NCBI GenBank assembly: GCA_963714085.1
Contig: OY970229.1
Coordinates: forward strand, 896,001 to 960,000
DNA from: an uncultured Candidatus Micrarchaeota archaeon
GTDB taxonomy: Archaea; Micrarchaeota; Micrarchaeia; Anstonellales; Bilamarchaeaceae
Direction: 5' to 3'
Length of the DNA: 64,000 bases
Shown: in pieces, positions 10,656-19,407 of the stretch
Layout: each line of letters starts with the position of its first letter
Numbering within the stretch: position 1 is the first letter of the stretch
Notes under the pieces: generated by a model
The model's input: the letters and a program-made list of their open reading frames with translations, nothing else
What the model was told of the DNA's origin: nothing
Databases searched by the model: none
Program-made: the position numbers and the translations under genes

Positions 10656-11561
10656 CTAACCACCGAAAACATCGGGCCTGGAGCTTGCCATGTAGCCGAT
10701 GAGCACTATCTGCCCTATGGCCGAGCCGATTATCAGTACCAGTATCTTTTCCACCGTCATGCCTATGCCCGAGAACGCGGAGAGCAGCACGAGGAAAGTC
10801 ACGCCGAGCGACGGCAGGGCAGCGGCTATGAGCATGTATATGAGCATGAGGAAGTTCAGGTTGGAGGTGTAAGTCCTTATGTTCCTGTAGGCGTAGAGCT
10901 CCAAAGCATCCACTATGCCGGGAAGCGCGGTCGTCATGCTCGAGCCGGTCTCCAGCACGTTTATCATCTGCCAGAGCACCCTCTTGAAATAATCCGATTC
11001 CGTGTGCAGCGCCAGGGTCCGCAGGGCCTCCTTCTCCGATACGCCGCTCTCTATCTGCTGCACGACATGGGCGAAATCCTCCGACACCTGGCCGTAGCTG
11101 CCCAGGGATACGTTCTTTAGCGCATAGAACACCGGTATCCCGCTGTTTATGCTGAGCATGATTTCCCGGAGCGCGAAGAGCAGGTCCTTGTCCGACCTGG
11201 CGGCGACGTTCATGACCAGCATCCTCGGGTAGTAAAGATGCAGGCTGAAGAATATCAGGAAGAAGAGGAAGCTCGTGAGGAAGCTGATGTATATCTTCTG
11301 TTGCATGGTCATGGTGTGGGCGCCCATGAGCAGCGCCATCACGAGGCCGAACGCCAAAAGCCCGTAGACCATCGCGGAGAAGAAACAGCCGACCCGGTAG
11401 TAGTCTGGTTTTATGCGTATGCCCAGGGCATCGAACTCAGCGCCGAGCCGCGGCCGGAACGTCTTGAGGACGTTCGCCAGGCCGCTCATCCTCCTGCCGA
11501 TCTCCTCCATGGAGCCGTAACTAAGTAGGACGAAAGGAACCCTGATCTGCGCTTCGGCCAC
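10656..11561 (-). CDS. Type IV pilus membrane platform protein (TadB/TadC family)
   Basis: LLFALREI..INSGIP, YGQVSEDF, LWQMINVLETGS. Probable GTG start at 11561. Confidence 0.88.
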   Translation of the reverse strand: MAEAQIRVPFVLLSYGSMEEIGRRMSGLANVLKTFRPRLGAEFDALGIRIKPDYYRVGCFFSAMVYGLLAFGLVMALLMGAHTMTMQQKIYISFLTSFLFFLIFFSLHLYYPRMLVMNVAARSDKDLLFALREIMLSINSGIPVFYALKNVSLGSYGQVSEDFAHVVQQIESGVSEKEALRTLALHTESDYFKRVLWQMINVLETGSSMTTALPGIVDALELYAYRNIRTYTSNLNFLMLIYMLIAAALPSLGVTFLVLLSAFSGIGMTVEKILVLIIGSAIGQIVLIGYMASSRPDVFGG

Positions 11562-11562
11562 T

Positions 11563-13305
11563 TCAGTCCCCTCCAAGCAGTTTTCCCGGTTTCTGTCCCT
11601 TCCTAATCCCATCTAGCAGGGTGGATCCGTCCGCGTAGTAGGCCTCCATGATCCTCCCCACGTCGTCCACGTAGATGACCTTGTTATCCTTCATCCATGA
11701 GAGGATCTCCTGCTTCTCCGCCTGGTCCTCCACGATTTCGTTCTCCGTCATGCCGGTATGGAGGTTCATTATCTCGACGTAGCGGTGCGGGGGCCTCACC
11801 TTCTCGAAGGTGTCCGTGCGCGGCCTCCACTTGAAGAGGTAATTGAGCTCCGGGCCCTTCACGCCGGGTATCACCTCGGAAAGCTCCAGGGTGCGCCTCA
11901 GGTTCTTCCTCCTGTCGCGGTACTGCACCAGTATGAGATGGATATCGTCTATTTCTCCGGGCGGGACCTCGATTGGCGGCTCGATGAGCCTTTTTATCAC
12001 CTGCTCGCCAGTGTCTGCGTGCAGCGTCCCGTAGACCGAGTGGCCGGTGTGCATGGCCTCGAAGAGCACCTCGGCCTCCTTCTTCCTCCTTATCTCGCCC
12101 ATGACTATGCGGTCCGGCCTCATACGCAGGGAGTTCACCACCAGGTCGAGCATGGACACTTCGCCCAGGCCCTCGGGATTCGGTTCCCTGGTGGCCAGGG
12201 GCACCCAGTTCCACTGGTAGCTGGGCAGCACCAGCTCCCTGGTATCCTCTATCGTGATTATCCTCTGGTGCGGGGGTATGAGCGCGACGAGCGAATTCAG
12301 GGCCGAGGTCTTTCCCGATGCGGTGCCGCCCGCGACTATGACGTTCATCTCGTAGTGGAGCGCCTGCCAGAGCATGGCCGCCATCTCCAGGGACATGGCT
12401 TTCACTTCGTCGCTCACCAGGCTGCCTATGGTCCACGGGTTCCTCGCGAAAAGCCTCAGGGTGATGGTGTTGCCTGCCGTGGATATCGGGCAGAGCGTCG
12501 CGTTTACCCTGTCCCCTGTGACCAGGTGCGCGTCAAGCACGGGTTCCAGGACGGTTATCTGCCTCCCCACCTCCCGGGCTATCTGTGAGGAATAGTTCTC
12601 TATGCCGACCTCGTCCTTGATGACGATATTGGTCTTCAGCCAGCCGTATCTCCTGTGGTATACTGCCACCGGCACCTTGGAGGAGTTTATTATTATCTCC
12701 TCGAGCCCCTTGTCCGCGACCAGGGTCTCCAGGTCCCCGAGCCCGTACATCTCGTTCACGGCGATGTTGGCCAGCATCCGTACGACCTCTTCATCGCCGC
12801 CGATCTCCTGGCTGATCCTCTCCTGGATGGTTTTCGTGCGCTCCTGCATGTCCTTGCGCAGCTCCTCCTTTGTTTTCTCCAGCCCGGAGATGGAGAGCGC
12901 GCGGGTTATCTCGTTCTTGATATGCTCAAGGAACGCGCGGGAGAAGGGCGTGAGCCTGGGAAGCCGCACGAAGTACTTGTTCCTTTTCTCCTCCGAAGAG
13001 AAATACACCTCCGCATCCGCGATGTCGTAATCCTCTGAGGGCTCCTTTATCTTGTAGGCCTCCACGGTCTTGCCCGGGGGCCGCTGCTCCTCCTTCTCGG
13101 TTTCTGTCTTTTTCACGGTTATCCAGGGCTTGACCAGCGGATTGAGCGGGTAGTGTATCTGGAAAAGGCCTGCGCTCTCCAATATCCTGGCCAGCCTCTC
13201 CATGGCTTGCGGGGAGAGCTTTAGCTTCTCGCCAAGCTCCTCGAAGCTTATCTTGTTGTTCCTGCGGATCAGCTCTACCATCTTGTCTATTTTGGTGAGC
13301 AACAT
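11563..13305 (-). CDS. Type IV pilus assembly ATPase (TadA/CpaF/ArlI family) with N-terminal HTH-like extension
   Basis: Walker A GGTASGKT, TIEDTREL, LRMRPDRIVMGEIR, AMHTGH. Start corrected to ATG 13305. Confidence 0.95.
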   Translation of the reverse strand: MLLTKIDKMVELIRRNNKISFEELGEKLKLSPQAMERLARILESAGLFQIHYPLNPLVKPWITVKKTETEKEEQRPPGKTVEAYKIKEPSEDYDIADAEVYFSSEEKRNKYFVRLPRLTPFSRAFLEHIKNEITRALSISGLEKTKEELRKDMQERTKTIQERISQEIGGDEEVVRMLANIAVNEMYGLGDLETLVADKGLEEIIINSSKVPVAVYHRRYGWLKTNIVIKDEVGIENYSSQIAREVGRQITVLEPVLDAHLVTGDRVNATLCPISTAGNTITLRLFARNPWTIGSLVSDEVKAMSLEMAAMLWQALHYEMNVIVAGGTASGKTSALNSLVALIPPHQRIITIEDTRELVLPSYQWNWVPLATREPNPEGLGEVSMLDLVVNSLRMRPDRIVMGEIRRKKEAEVLFEAMHTGHSVYGTLHADTGEQVIKRLIEPPIEVPPGEIDDIHLILVQYRDRRKNLRRTLELSEVIPGVKGPELNYLFKWRPRTDTFEKVRPPHRYVEIMNLHTGMTENEIVEDQAEKQEILSWMKDNKVIYVDDVGRIMEAYYADGSTLLDGIRKGQKPGKLLGGD

Positions 13306-13425
13306 GGCGGGATATCGCGGATTGCATTTATAAATCAATTTGGTCTAACGCCGTGTGCGCCGGTGGCGGCCTCCGAAAAGACAGTCATTATATATTTTCA
13401 GTTTGAGATAACCGCGCGATGCGGT

Positions 13426-15726
13426 ATGGCTGGAAAAAAAGGGCAGACGAGCGTGGAGTTCCTCATCATCCTGGCCGTGGCCCTCCTGGTGCTCACAGCC
13501 ACGATCGCCATCGCCCTCCAGAACATCGACAGCATCAACGCCCAGAAAGACCAGGATTCCGCGAGCAACGCGGTCATGGACCTTGGCAGCGCAGCGAAAG
13601 ACGTGTACGCCCAGGGGGTCGGCGCGAGGAAGGACGTCTACATCGTAATCCCGAGCAGCTATAACCCGGCCAACTCCTTCGTAGGCAACCAGGCGATAAA
13701 GATGAGCGCCGGGAGCGACTACGTAGACATCGAGAACTTCAACCTGCGCGGCTCGCTGCCAAAGACCTACGGGCCGCAATGGGTGTGGGTGGTCTCGGAA
13801 GGCAACGACGTGCTCATCGGCAACGGCATGCTGGAGTTCAATCCCGCCCAGGTCTATGTGGTGATGAACAGCAACAGCACCGCCTCGGCCCAGTTCAATG
13901 TCATCAACATGTGGGGCCAGGGCCTGAACGTCACCGCGGCCAGCGTCTGGACATACACCGGCGTGGGCATGAGCGGCGTGCCGTCCCAGTTCGCCCTGAG
14001 CGCGAACGCTACCCGTACCGTCACGTTGGGATTCACGTCAGGCTCGAATTCCACGGGCTTCTACTCCGGCCAGGTGGATTTCACCGCCACGGACGCAGCG
14101 GGGAACACCGAGGTCGACTGGATACCCGTCACCGTGGAGGTGATTCCGAGCGGCCAGAACCTCTATCCATCATGGGACATCCAGGGCCCTCTCGTCACCA
14201 GCATATCCCAGGTGCCGGCGCCTGCCATAAAATACCAGCCACTGGCTATTTTCGCGAATGCCAGCGACGTGACGACCGGCAACAGCTCCATAACCGGCTG
14301 CCAGGTCGATGCGGACAACCAGTTCAACTGGAACAACATGCTGCCCGTGGACGGCGCCTTCAATACTCCGACCGAAACCGCGATGTTCAATTTCACGAGC
14401 GGCTTCTCCCTGGGCCCCCACTTCGTGGCCGTGAAATGCACGGATTCCAAGGGCAATGTCGGCCCCCCGTCGTACTACTACTTCCAGGTGAACGAATCCG
14501 ACACGCTCGGGCCCATCGTAATACAGATGACGCACCCTGATTATCCGACGACGCTGTCCAATCTCACGTTCACCGGCATAGCGACGGACGCATACACCGG
14601 CGGCAGCAACGTGGCGGCCTGCAATGTCAAGGTGGGCGCTTCGGGCACCTGGCACAGCGCGAGCGCAGTCAACGGCACGTGGAACACCAGCATCACCCAG
14701 AATTTCAACTACACCATCGCCCCTCTGGTTGTGGGCTCCTACACCGTGTACTACCAGTGCGAGGACTCAGTGGGCAACTGGGGCGGTATATACAACGACA
14801 GTTTCGGGGTCGTGGATGTCGACCTGATGCTGGTCCTCGACATATCCGGCTCCATGGCGGAAGACGTGACCAACTCCACCAGCTCCAGCGTCGTCTCGGC
14901 TTCGAGCACGGGCTGGTCGAACGTCAAGAACATAAGCGTATGGTACGAGAACGGCAATACCGCCAATCTCACGACCCAGCTGGAGGCCACGAAATCCAGC
15001 TGCACGGCGTTCTACAATGCGACGATAAACAATGTCCAGGTGGCTACCGGGAACACGACCTCGACCTCGTACGTTACCCTGAACGCGACCCTGAACCTCT
15101 CAGGCATCTCGGCGCCTTTCACGCTGGTGCTCAGCGTCAAGACCAACGGCACCTCGCAGTGCTCTGCCTCGAACCAGATACTCTCGCTGGTGCAGGCTCC
15201 GCCCAAAATAAGCGCGGCCGAGACCGGGGCCGACACGTTCCTCAATATCTCCGGGAACAACATCCAGGCGGGCCTGGTCTCATTCTCCACGACCGCGACC
15301 ACGAACACGCAGTTGGCGCTCATGGGCGCCTCGAACCAGAGTGCGCTGATCAGCACGATAAACAGCCTGGCCCCCGCGGCATCCACATGCATCCAGTGCG
15401 GGCTCGTGAACGCCTGCGCAGAACTCAACTCAAGCCGCTCCAGGCCCTCGGCCAGCAAGGTGGTGATCCTGCTGACAGACGGCCAGTCCAACTATTGCAC
15501 GGGCTCGGTCTCGTGCACCCAGGGCGGCAGCGCGTGCATAGGCTGCGACACGGAAGGGGCTGCCGGATGCCGGGCCGACAACGTCACGGTCTACACGATA
15601 GGCTTCGGCAGCGACGTGGATGACACCGAGCTCACGAACATCGCCTACATCACGAATGGCGCCTACTACTTCGCGCCGAACGTCGCGACGCTCACCTCCA
15701 TTTTCCAGAGCATCGGAAGGCACTGA
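13426..15726 (+). CDS. Large pilin-like adhesin: class III signal peptide, Ig-like repeats, C-terminal vWA domain
   Basis: MAGKKG/QTSVEFLIIL; MIDAS DISGSM; ILLTDGQSN; VYTIGFG; many N-x-S/T sequons. Confidence 0.88.
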   Translation: MAGKKGQTSVEFLIILAVALLVLTATIAIALQNIDSINAQKDQDSASNAVMDLGSAAKDVYAQGVGARKDVYIVIPSSYNPANSFVGNQAIKMSAGSDYVDIENFNLRGSLPKTYGPQWVWVVSEGNDVLIGNGMLEFNPAQVYVVMNSNSTASAQFNVINMWGQGLNVTAASVWTYTGVGMSGVPSQFALSANATRTVTLGFTSGSNSTGFYSGQVDFTATDAAGNTEVDWIPVTVEVIPSGQNLYPSWDIQGPLVTSISQVPAPAIKYQPLAIFANASDVTTGNSSITGCQVDADNQFNWNNMLPVDGAFNTPTETAMFNFTSGFSLGPHFVAVKCTDSKGNVGPPSYYYFQVNESDTLGPIVIQMTHPDYPTTLSNLTFTGIATDAYTGGSNVAACNVKVGASGTWHSASAVNGTWNTSITQNFNYTIAPLVVGSYTVYYQCEDSVGNWGGIYNDSFGVVDVDLMLVLDISGSMAEDVTNSTSSSVVSASSTGWSNVKNISVWYENGNTANLTTQLEATKSSCTAFYNATINNVQVATGNTTSTSYVTLNATLNLSGISAPFTLVLSVKTNGTSQCSASNQILSLVQAPPKISAAETGADTFLNISGNNIQAGLVSFSTTATTNTQLALMGASNQSALISTINSLAPAASTCIQCGLVNACAELNSSRSRPSASKVVILLTDGQSNYCTGSVSCTQGGSACIGCDTEGAAGCRADNVTVYTIGFGSDVDDTELTNIAYITNGAYYFAPNVATLTSIFQSIGRH

Positions 15727-15738
15727 CGCCCGAAGGGT

Positions 15739-16602
15739 TCATCTGCTGGCATTGGCTGTTTTTTGCACCCCGTCCTGGGCGTATGTCATCTGCACCGGGA
15801 ACACGATCAGGCTGGATTCGCTCGGCGGCTGGGCAGGCAACCGCGCGCTGAAGGAGTAGGCCGCGGTCTCGTTCGTGAGGCTGATGGAGAGCGCGCCGTT
15901 GTAATTGGAGCCGTTCTGGCTCACCCTCCCGATGACGATGTCGGCGTATCCCCCGGACATATAATTTATGAAAAAATAGTTCGCCGCGGAGGGATTCAGG
16001 GAGACAGTGTCCACGACGGTCCCGTTCCTGTCGCTGTAGCTCAGCGTGGCATTGACCGTCCCGCTTGGATCGTTGGTGAACTCTGTGATGCTACTATCGT
16101 AATCGTCTACGTAAATCGTCACGTTGTAGCCCGTCGCGTTCGTGGAGCTTCCGTTCGCCATGCTCCGGAAGACCATAGCCGGGCTGTTGTTGATCGTGCT
16201 CTGGAGCGCGAAATTGTCCATGATGCGCAAATCAAGCGAGCCGTTCTCCACCTGCGACGTGTTCACGGTTATGTTGGCGTGCTGTGAATCAGCCAGCTCG
16301 CCTTCAGCGTAGTACTGGAGGCCGGAAAGCTGGGCCTGGCTGACCTGCCGGGGCAGGGCGTCGGAGACCGACACCGTCGCGCCGCTGTCGTCCTCGGCTA
16401 CTGAGGCCGACGGGAGCAGCAGGTCCGCCGTGAGCCGCCCTACGTTATCCAGGCTCGCGGATGCGAACGAGTTGGGCACGGGCGCGGCCTCCACGCGCTG
16501 GCTCTCGGCGTACTCGTTCGCCATGGTTGCCGCCATCAGGACGAGCAGCATCACGAACAGCACCGCGACGAGGGAGAGCACGAACCCCTTTCGGGCATTC
16601 AT
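15739..16602 (-). CDS. Minor pilin-like protein
   Basis: MNARKG/FVLSLVAVLFVMLL. ATGA overlap with the upstream gene. Confidence 0.8.
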   Translation of the reverse strand: MNARKGFVLSLVAVLFVMLLVLMAATMANEYAESQRVEAAPVPNSFASASLDNVGRLTADLLLPSASVAEDDSGATVSVSDALPRQVSQAQLSGLQYYAEGELADSQHANITVNTSQVENGSLDLRIMDNFALQSTINNSPAMVFRSMANGSSTNATGYNVTIYVDDYDSSITEFTNDPSGTVNATLSYSDRNGTVVDTVSLNPSAANYFFINYMSGGYADIVIGRVSQNGSNYNGALSISLTNETAAYSFSARLPAQPPSESSLIVFPVQMTYAQDGVQKTANASR

Positions 16603-17015
16603 GCGGGCACCTCCTGGCTGTACCAGCTCTGCAGCGTCGTGCCGAACATCACCCCTCCGGAACTGAACGTCCCATACACGACCTGGGATTCCGTGACCGG
16701 CTGCCCGCATCCGGGCTTGCCTATCGTGGCCACCACGCTCCCGTTCGCCTGGGTGACGCTGAGCTCCATGCAGACCTGCGGCGGGGTCGCGAGCAGCACC
16801 TCGCTCGCCGATGTGCCGTTGACGAAAAAGATGTCGTCGAGCCGTCCGGATTTCTCCAGCACGCTCATGGTGTCCAGCGATATCTGCTTCAGGGCGGTCC
16901 CCTTGAGCATCACCGGGTTGAAGCTCGTGGACTGCACGAAATAGAGCGAGATCAGCAGCAGTGAGAGCGCTGCTATGGAGTCTAGCGTTATCACGAAGCC
17001 CCGCCGCGCGTTCAC
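16599..17015 (-). CDS. Minor pilin-like protein
   Basis: GTG start, VNARRG/FVITLDSIAAL. GTGA overlap with the upstream gene. Confidence 0.8.
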   Translation of the reverse strand: MNARRGFVITLDSIAALSLLLISLYFVQSTSFNPVMLKGTALKQISLDTMSVLEKSGRLDDIFFVNGTSASEVLLATPPQVCMELSVTQANGSVVATIGKPGCGQPVTESQVVYGTFSSGGVMFGTTLQSWYSQEVPA

Positions 17016-17527
17016 TGCCACACCTCCAGCGTGGCTTCGGCGACGGTCGTGCCATTGAGCAGGACGAACCTGTCGACCACCGCGGAATTGTTCAATCCCG
17101 ACGGGTAGCCGTAATCGTAATACGTGGCGTTGTCGTGTATGTCGCTGATGACCAGGTGCATCTGGCATCCGGAGAGGCCGATCTTCGATAGCACGAGGCT
17201 GTAATCCTGGCTGCCGTTCATGGCCATCAGCTTCTCCAGCTTCTCCTCGTCCAGCGAATTGCGCGTGTCTGCCAGGCCTATGGAATGGGTGTTGTTGGCG
17301 CTGAGGTTGGCGGTCCGTTCCCATCCCGGAGGGTCCCCGGGCGTGGTGAACAGGGCATCGGAGGCGAACAGGGCCTTGCCCAGCAGCTCGCTGTAGGTCG
17401 CGGAGCCGTTCCACCGGAGCGCGAGCGTGTTCCATTCCAATACGAACACGAGCACGAGGATCGACATGATGGTTATGCCGGACATCATATCCATGCTCCA
17501 TATCTGGCCTTTGCGGGTGCTATCCAA
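17012..17527 (-). CDS. Minor pilin-like protein
   Basis: MDSTRKG/QIWSMDMM plus hydrophobic helix; TTPGDPPGW motif. Confidence 0.85.
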   Translation of the reverse strand: MDSTRKGQIWSMDMMSGITIMSILVLVFVLEWNTLALRWNGSATYSELLGKALFASDALFTTPGDPPGWERTANLSANNTHSIGLADTRNSLDEEKLEKLMAMNGSQDYSLVLSKIGLSGCQMHLVISDIHDNATYYDYGYPSGLNNSAVVDRFVLLNGTTVAEATLEVWQ

Positions 17528-17894
17528 TCGATATCACCCCGCCGCTGTTCCTGACGATCATGTTCCCGGTGCTTATGTTCGTCGCATTGACATTGTCTGT
17601 GAGAAGGGGCAGGTATGCGGCCCCGTAGACGGAGCTCGCCTCGACCACCCCATTCGCTATCGTGACGTTGGTCCCGCTGGTCTCTATCGTGGTGTTGTAC
17701 ACCGTCCCGTCCCCGGCGAGATAGACGTAGTCTATCGCGGATTGGACCGCGGAGGCTACGCGCATGGTGACGATATTGCTGTTCGCCTGCTGCGAATTGA
17801 CCAACTGGCTGCTATAAATCATGTAAAGCATGAAGAAAAGCACTAGGATGACGCTGACCACGACCATGAACTCCGCGGCGACCTGCGCCCGCAT
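17520..17894 (-). CDS. Minor pilin-like protein
   Basis: MRA/QVAAEFMVVVSVIL; VYLAGDG motif. Alternative upstream TTG at 17969. Confidence 0.82.
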   Translation of the reverse strand: MRAQVAAEFMVVVSVILVLFFMLYMIYSSQLVNSQQANSNIVTMRVASAVQSAIDYVYLAGDGTVYNTTIETSGTNVTIANGVVEASSVYGAAYLPLLTDNVNATNISTGNMIVRNSGGVISIG

Positions 17895-17920
17895 CAGAAG
17901 GCGCGGACGGGCTGCACCGG

Positions 17921-19357
17921 TCAGAAATTCGACTGGTGCCTGTCCCCGTAGTCGTCTTCCTTCCTCCAACAGAATCCTCTCCTTATTTCAATCCCCTTCT
18001 TGGTGATGTTGAAGCTGCACAGCTCCGTGGTGTGGTTTGTGTTCCTCATCTTCACGATCTCTATGGCCCTGGTCCTCTTGTTGCCGCGCCTCAGGTTGTA
18101 GAGGTGTATTATGCCGTCCGTGAGGAAGCCCATCCTGCCCTGGGGCGCGGAGCTGGGGGTGAGGGGATCTTCGGAGGTCACCAGGGTGGTGCAGTTCAGG
18201 CCGTGCAGCATTTCGAACAGCTCCAGTATCGAGCGGTTCGCCTCGTACTCGGTGTTGAATAGCAGGAAATACGCGCTCAGCGAGTCTATCACTAGCCGCT
18301 GCGTGCCGCTGGACTCTATCATGTCCTTTATGGAGCCGCCGCCCGCGCTTATGATATCCTTTATCTCGTGGGGCTCGTACCTGGCGAAGATGAACTTCTT
18401 ATCCTTCTCCAGCTTCTCGAAGTCCCAGCCGAAGAGCATGCCCCGCTTGAATATGGCCTCGCGCGACTCCGCGAATGACAGGTACATGCCCGGCTCGTTG
18501 TACTTCGTGGCCCCGTACCAGAGGTACTGGAGCGCCAAGATGGTCTTACCGACACCAGAAGTGCCCTTGACGACTATGGAGTTGTTGCGCTCCAGGCCCC
18601 CCTGGATCATCTCGTTAAGTCCTGGCACGCCTGTTTTAACGCGGTCGCTGCGGGCTGATTTCGGCTTCGCCTTCTTTGCGGTTGCCTCTGCTTCCTGCTC
18701 ACGGACCGGTTCATCCACTGTTTCAAACTGCAGTTTCGGCTTCTTGGCGATGACTTCTGCTTCCTGTTTCCGGACCGGGATATCAGCCTCAGGCTGCATC
18801 TCCGGCTTCTTCGCCACGGTTTCTATTTCTTGGCCCTGGATTGCGACCTCAGCTTTGGTTTCAGGCTGCAGCTTCGGTTTCTGCTTTTTGACCATTGTTT
18901 CTGCTTCCTGTTTCCGGACCGGGATGTCAGCCTCAGGCTGCGTCTTAGGCTTCGCCTTCTTTGCGGTTGCCTCTGCTTCCTGCTCACGGACCGGCTCAGC
19001 CACTGTTTCAGGCTGCGTCTTCGGCTTCTTGGCAATAACCTCTGTTTCCTGCTCACGTACCGGAACCTCAGCCACTGTTTCAGGCTGCAGTTTCGGCTTC
19101 TTGGCGATGACTTCTGCCTCCTGTTTCCGGACCGGGGCATCAGCCTCAGGCTGCATCTTCGGTTTCGCCTTCCTTGCCATAAATCGCGGATGCGGCTTCG
19201 GTTTCTTGGTCACGTATCGATATCTCAGCTTCGGTTTCTGCTTCTTAGACATAGAGTGCCAGAAGTCCTGGATCGCCAAGATGGTCTTGCCCACTCCGAA
19301 GGTCGACTTCTTGGCCCTGGATCGAGATCGGTGCTTCGGTTTCGCCTTCTTGGCCAT
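17921..19357 (-). CDS. KaiC/RAD55-family ATPase with long repetitive N-terminal extension
   Basis: RVKTGVPGLNEMIQGG, Walker A GTSGVGKT, Walker B LVIDSLS, IEIVKMRNTNH. Confidence 0.9.
   Translation of the reverse strand: MAKKAKPKHRSRSRAKKSTFGVGKTILAIQDFWHSMSKKQKPKLRYRYVTKKPKPHPRFMARKAKPKMQPEADAPVRKQEAEVIAKKPKLQPETVAEVPVREQETEVIAKKPKTQPETVAEPVREQEAEATAKKAKPKTQPEADIPVRKQEAETMVKKQKPKLQPETKAEVAIQGQEIETVAKKPEMQPEADIPVRKQEAEVIAKKPKLQFETVDEPVREQEAEATAKKAKPKSARSDRVKTGVPGLNEMIQGGLERNNSIVVKGTSGVGKTILALQYLWYGATKYNEPGMYLSFAESREAIFKRGMLFGWDFEKLEKDKKFIFARYEPHEIKDIISAGGGSIKDMIESSGTQRLVIDSLSAYFLLFNTEYEANRSILELFEMLHGLNCTTLVTSEDPLTPSSAPQGRMGFLTDGIIHLYNLRRGNKRTRAIEIVKMRNTNHTTELCSFNITKKGIEIRRGFCWRKEDDYGDRHQSNF
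18659..19180 (-). repeat. About 7.5 imperfect in-frame tandem repeats of 22-26 codons
   Basis: Consensus AKK(AK)PKxQPE(T/A)xxxPVRxQEAExx. Confidence 0.92.
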
Positions 19358-19407
19358 GGATTCAAATGATAAGTTAACCTATATAAAGATGACTCGCGGC
19401 CACCCGC

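Noticed and set aside
18659..19180. Regularly spaced repeats as CRISPR, and the 437-aa antisense ORF 18111-19424
   Set aside because: The repeats are contiguous, codon-phased and lack unique spacers. The antisense ORF is a shadow of the repetitive coding strand.
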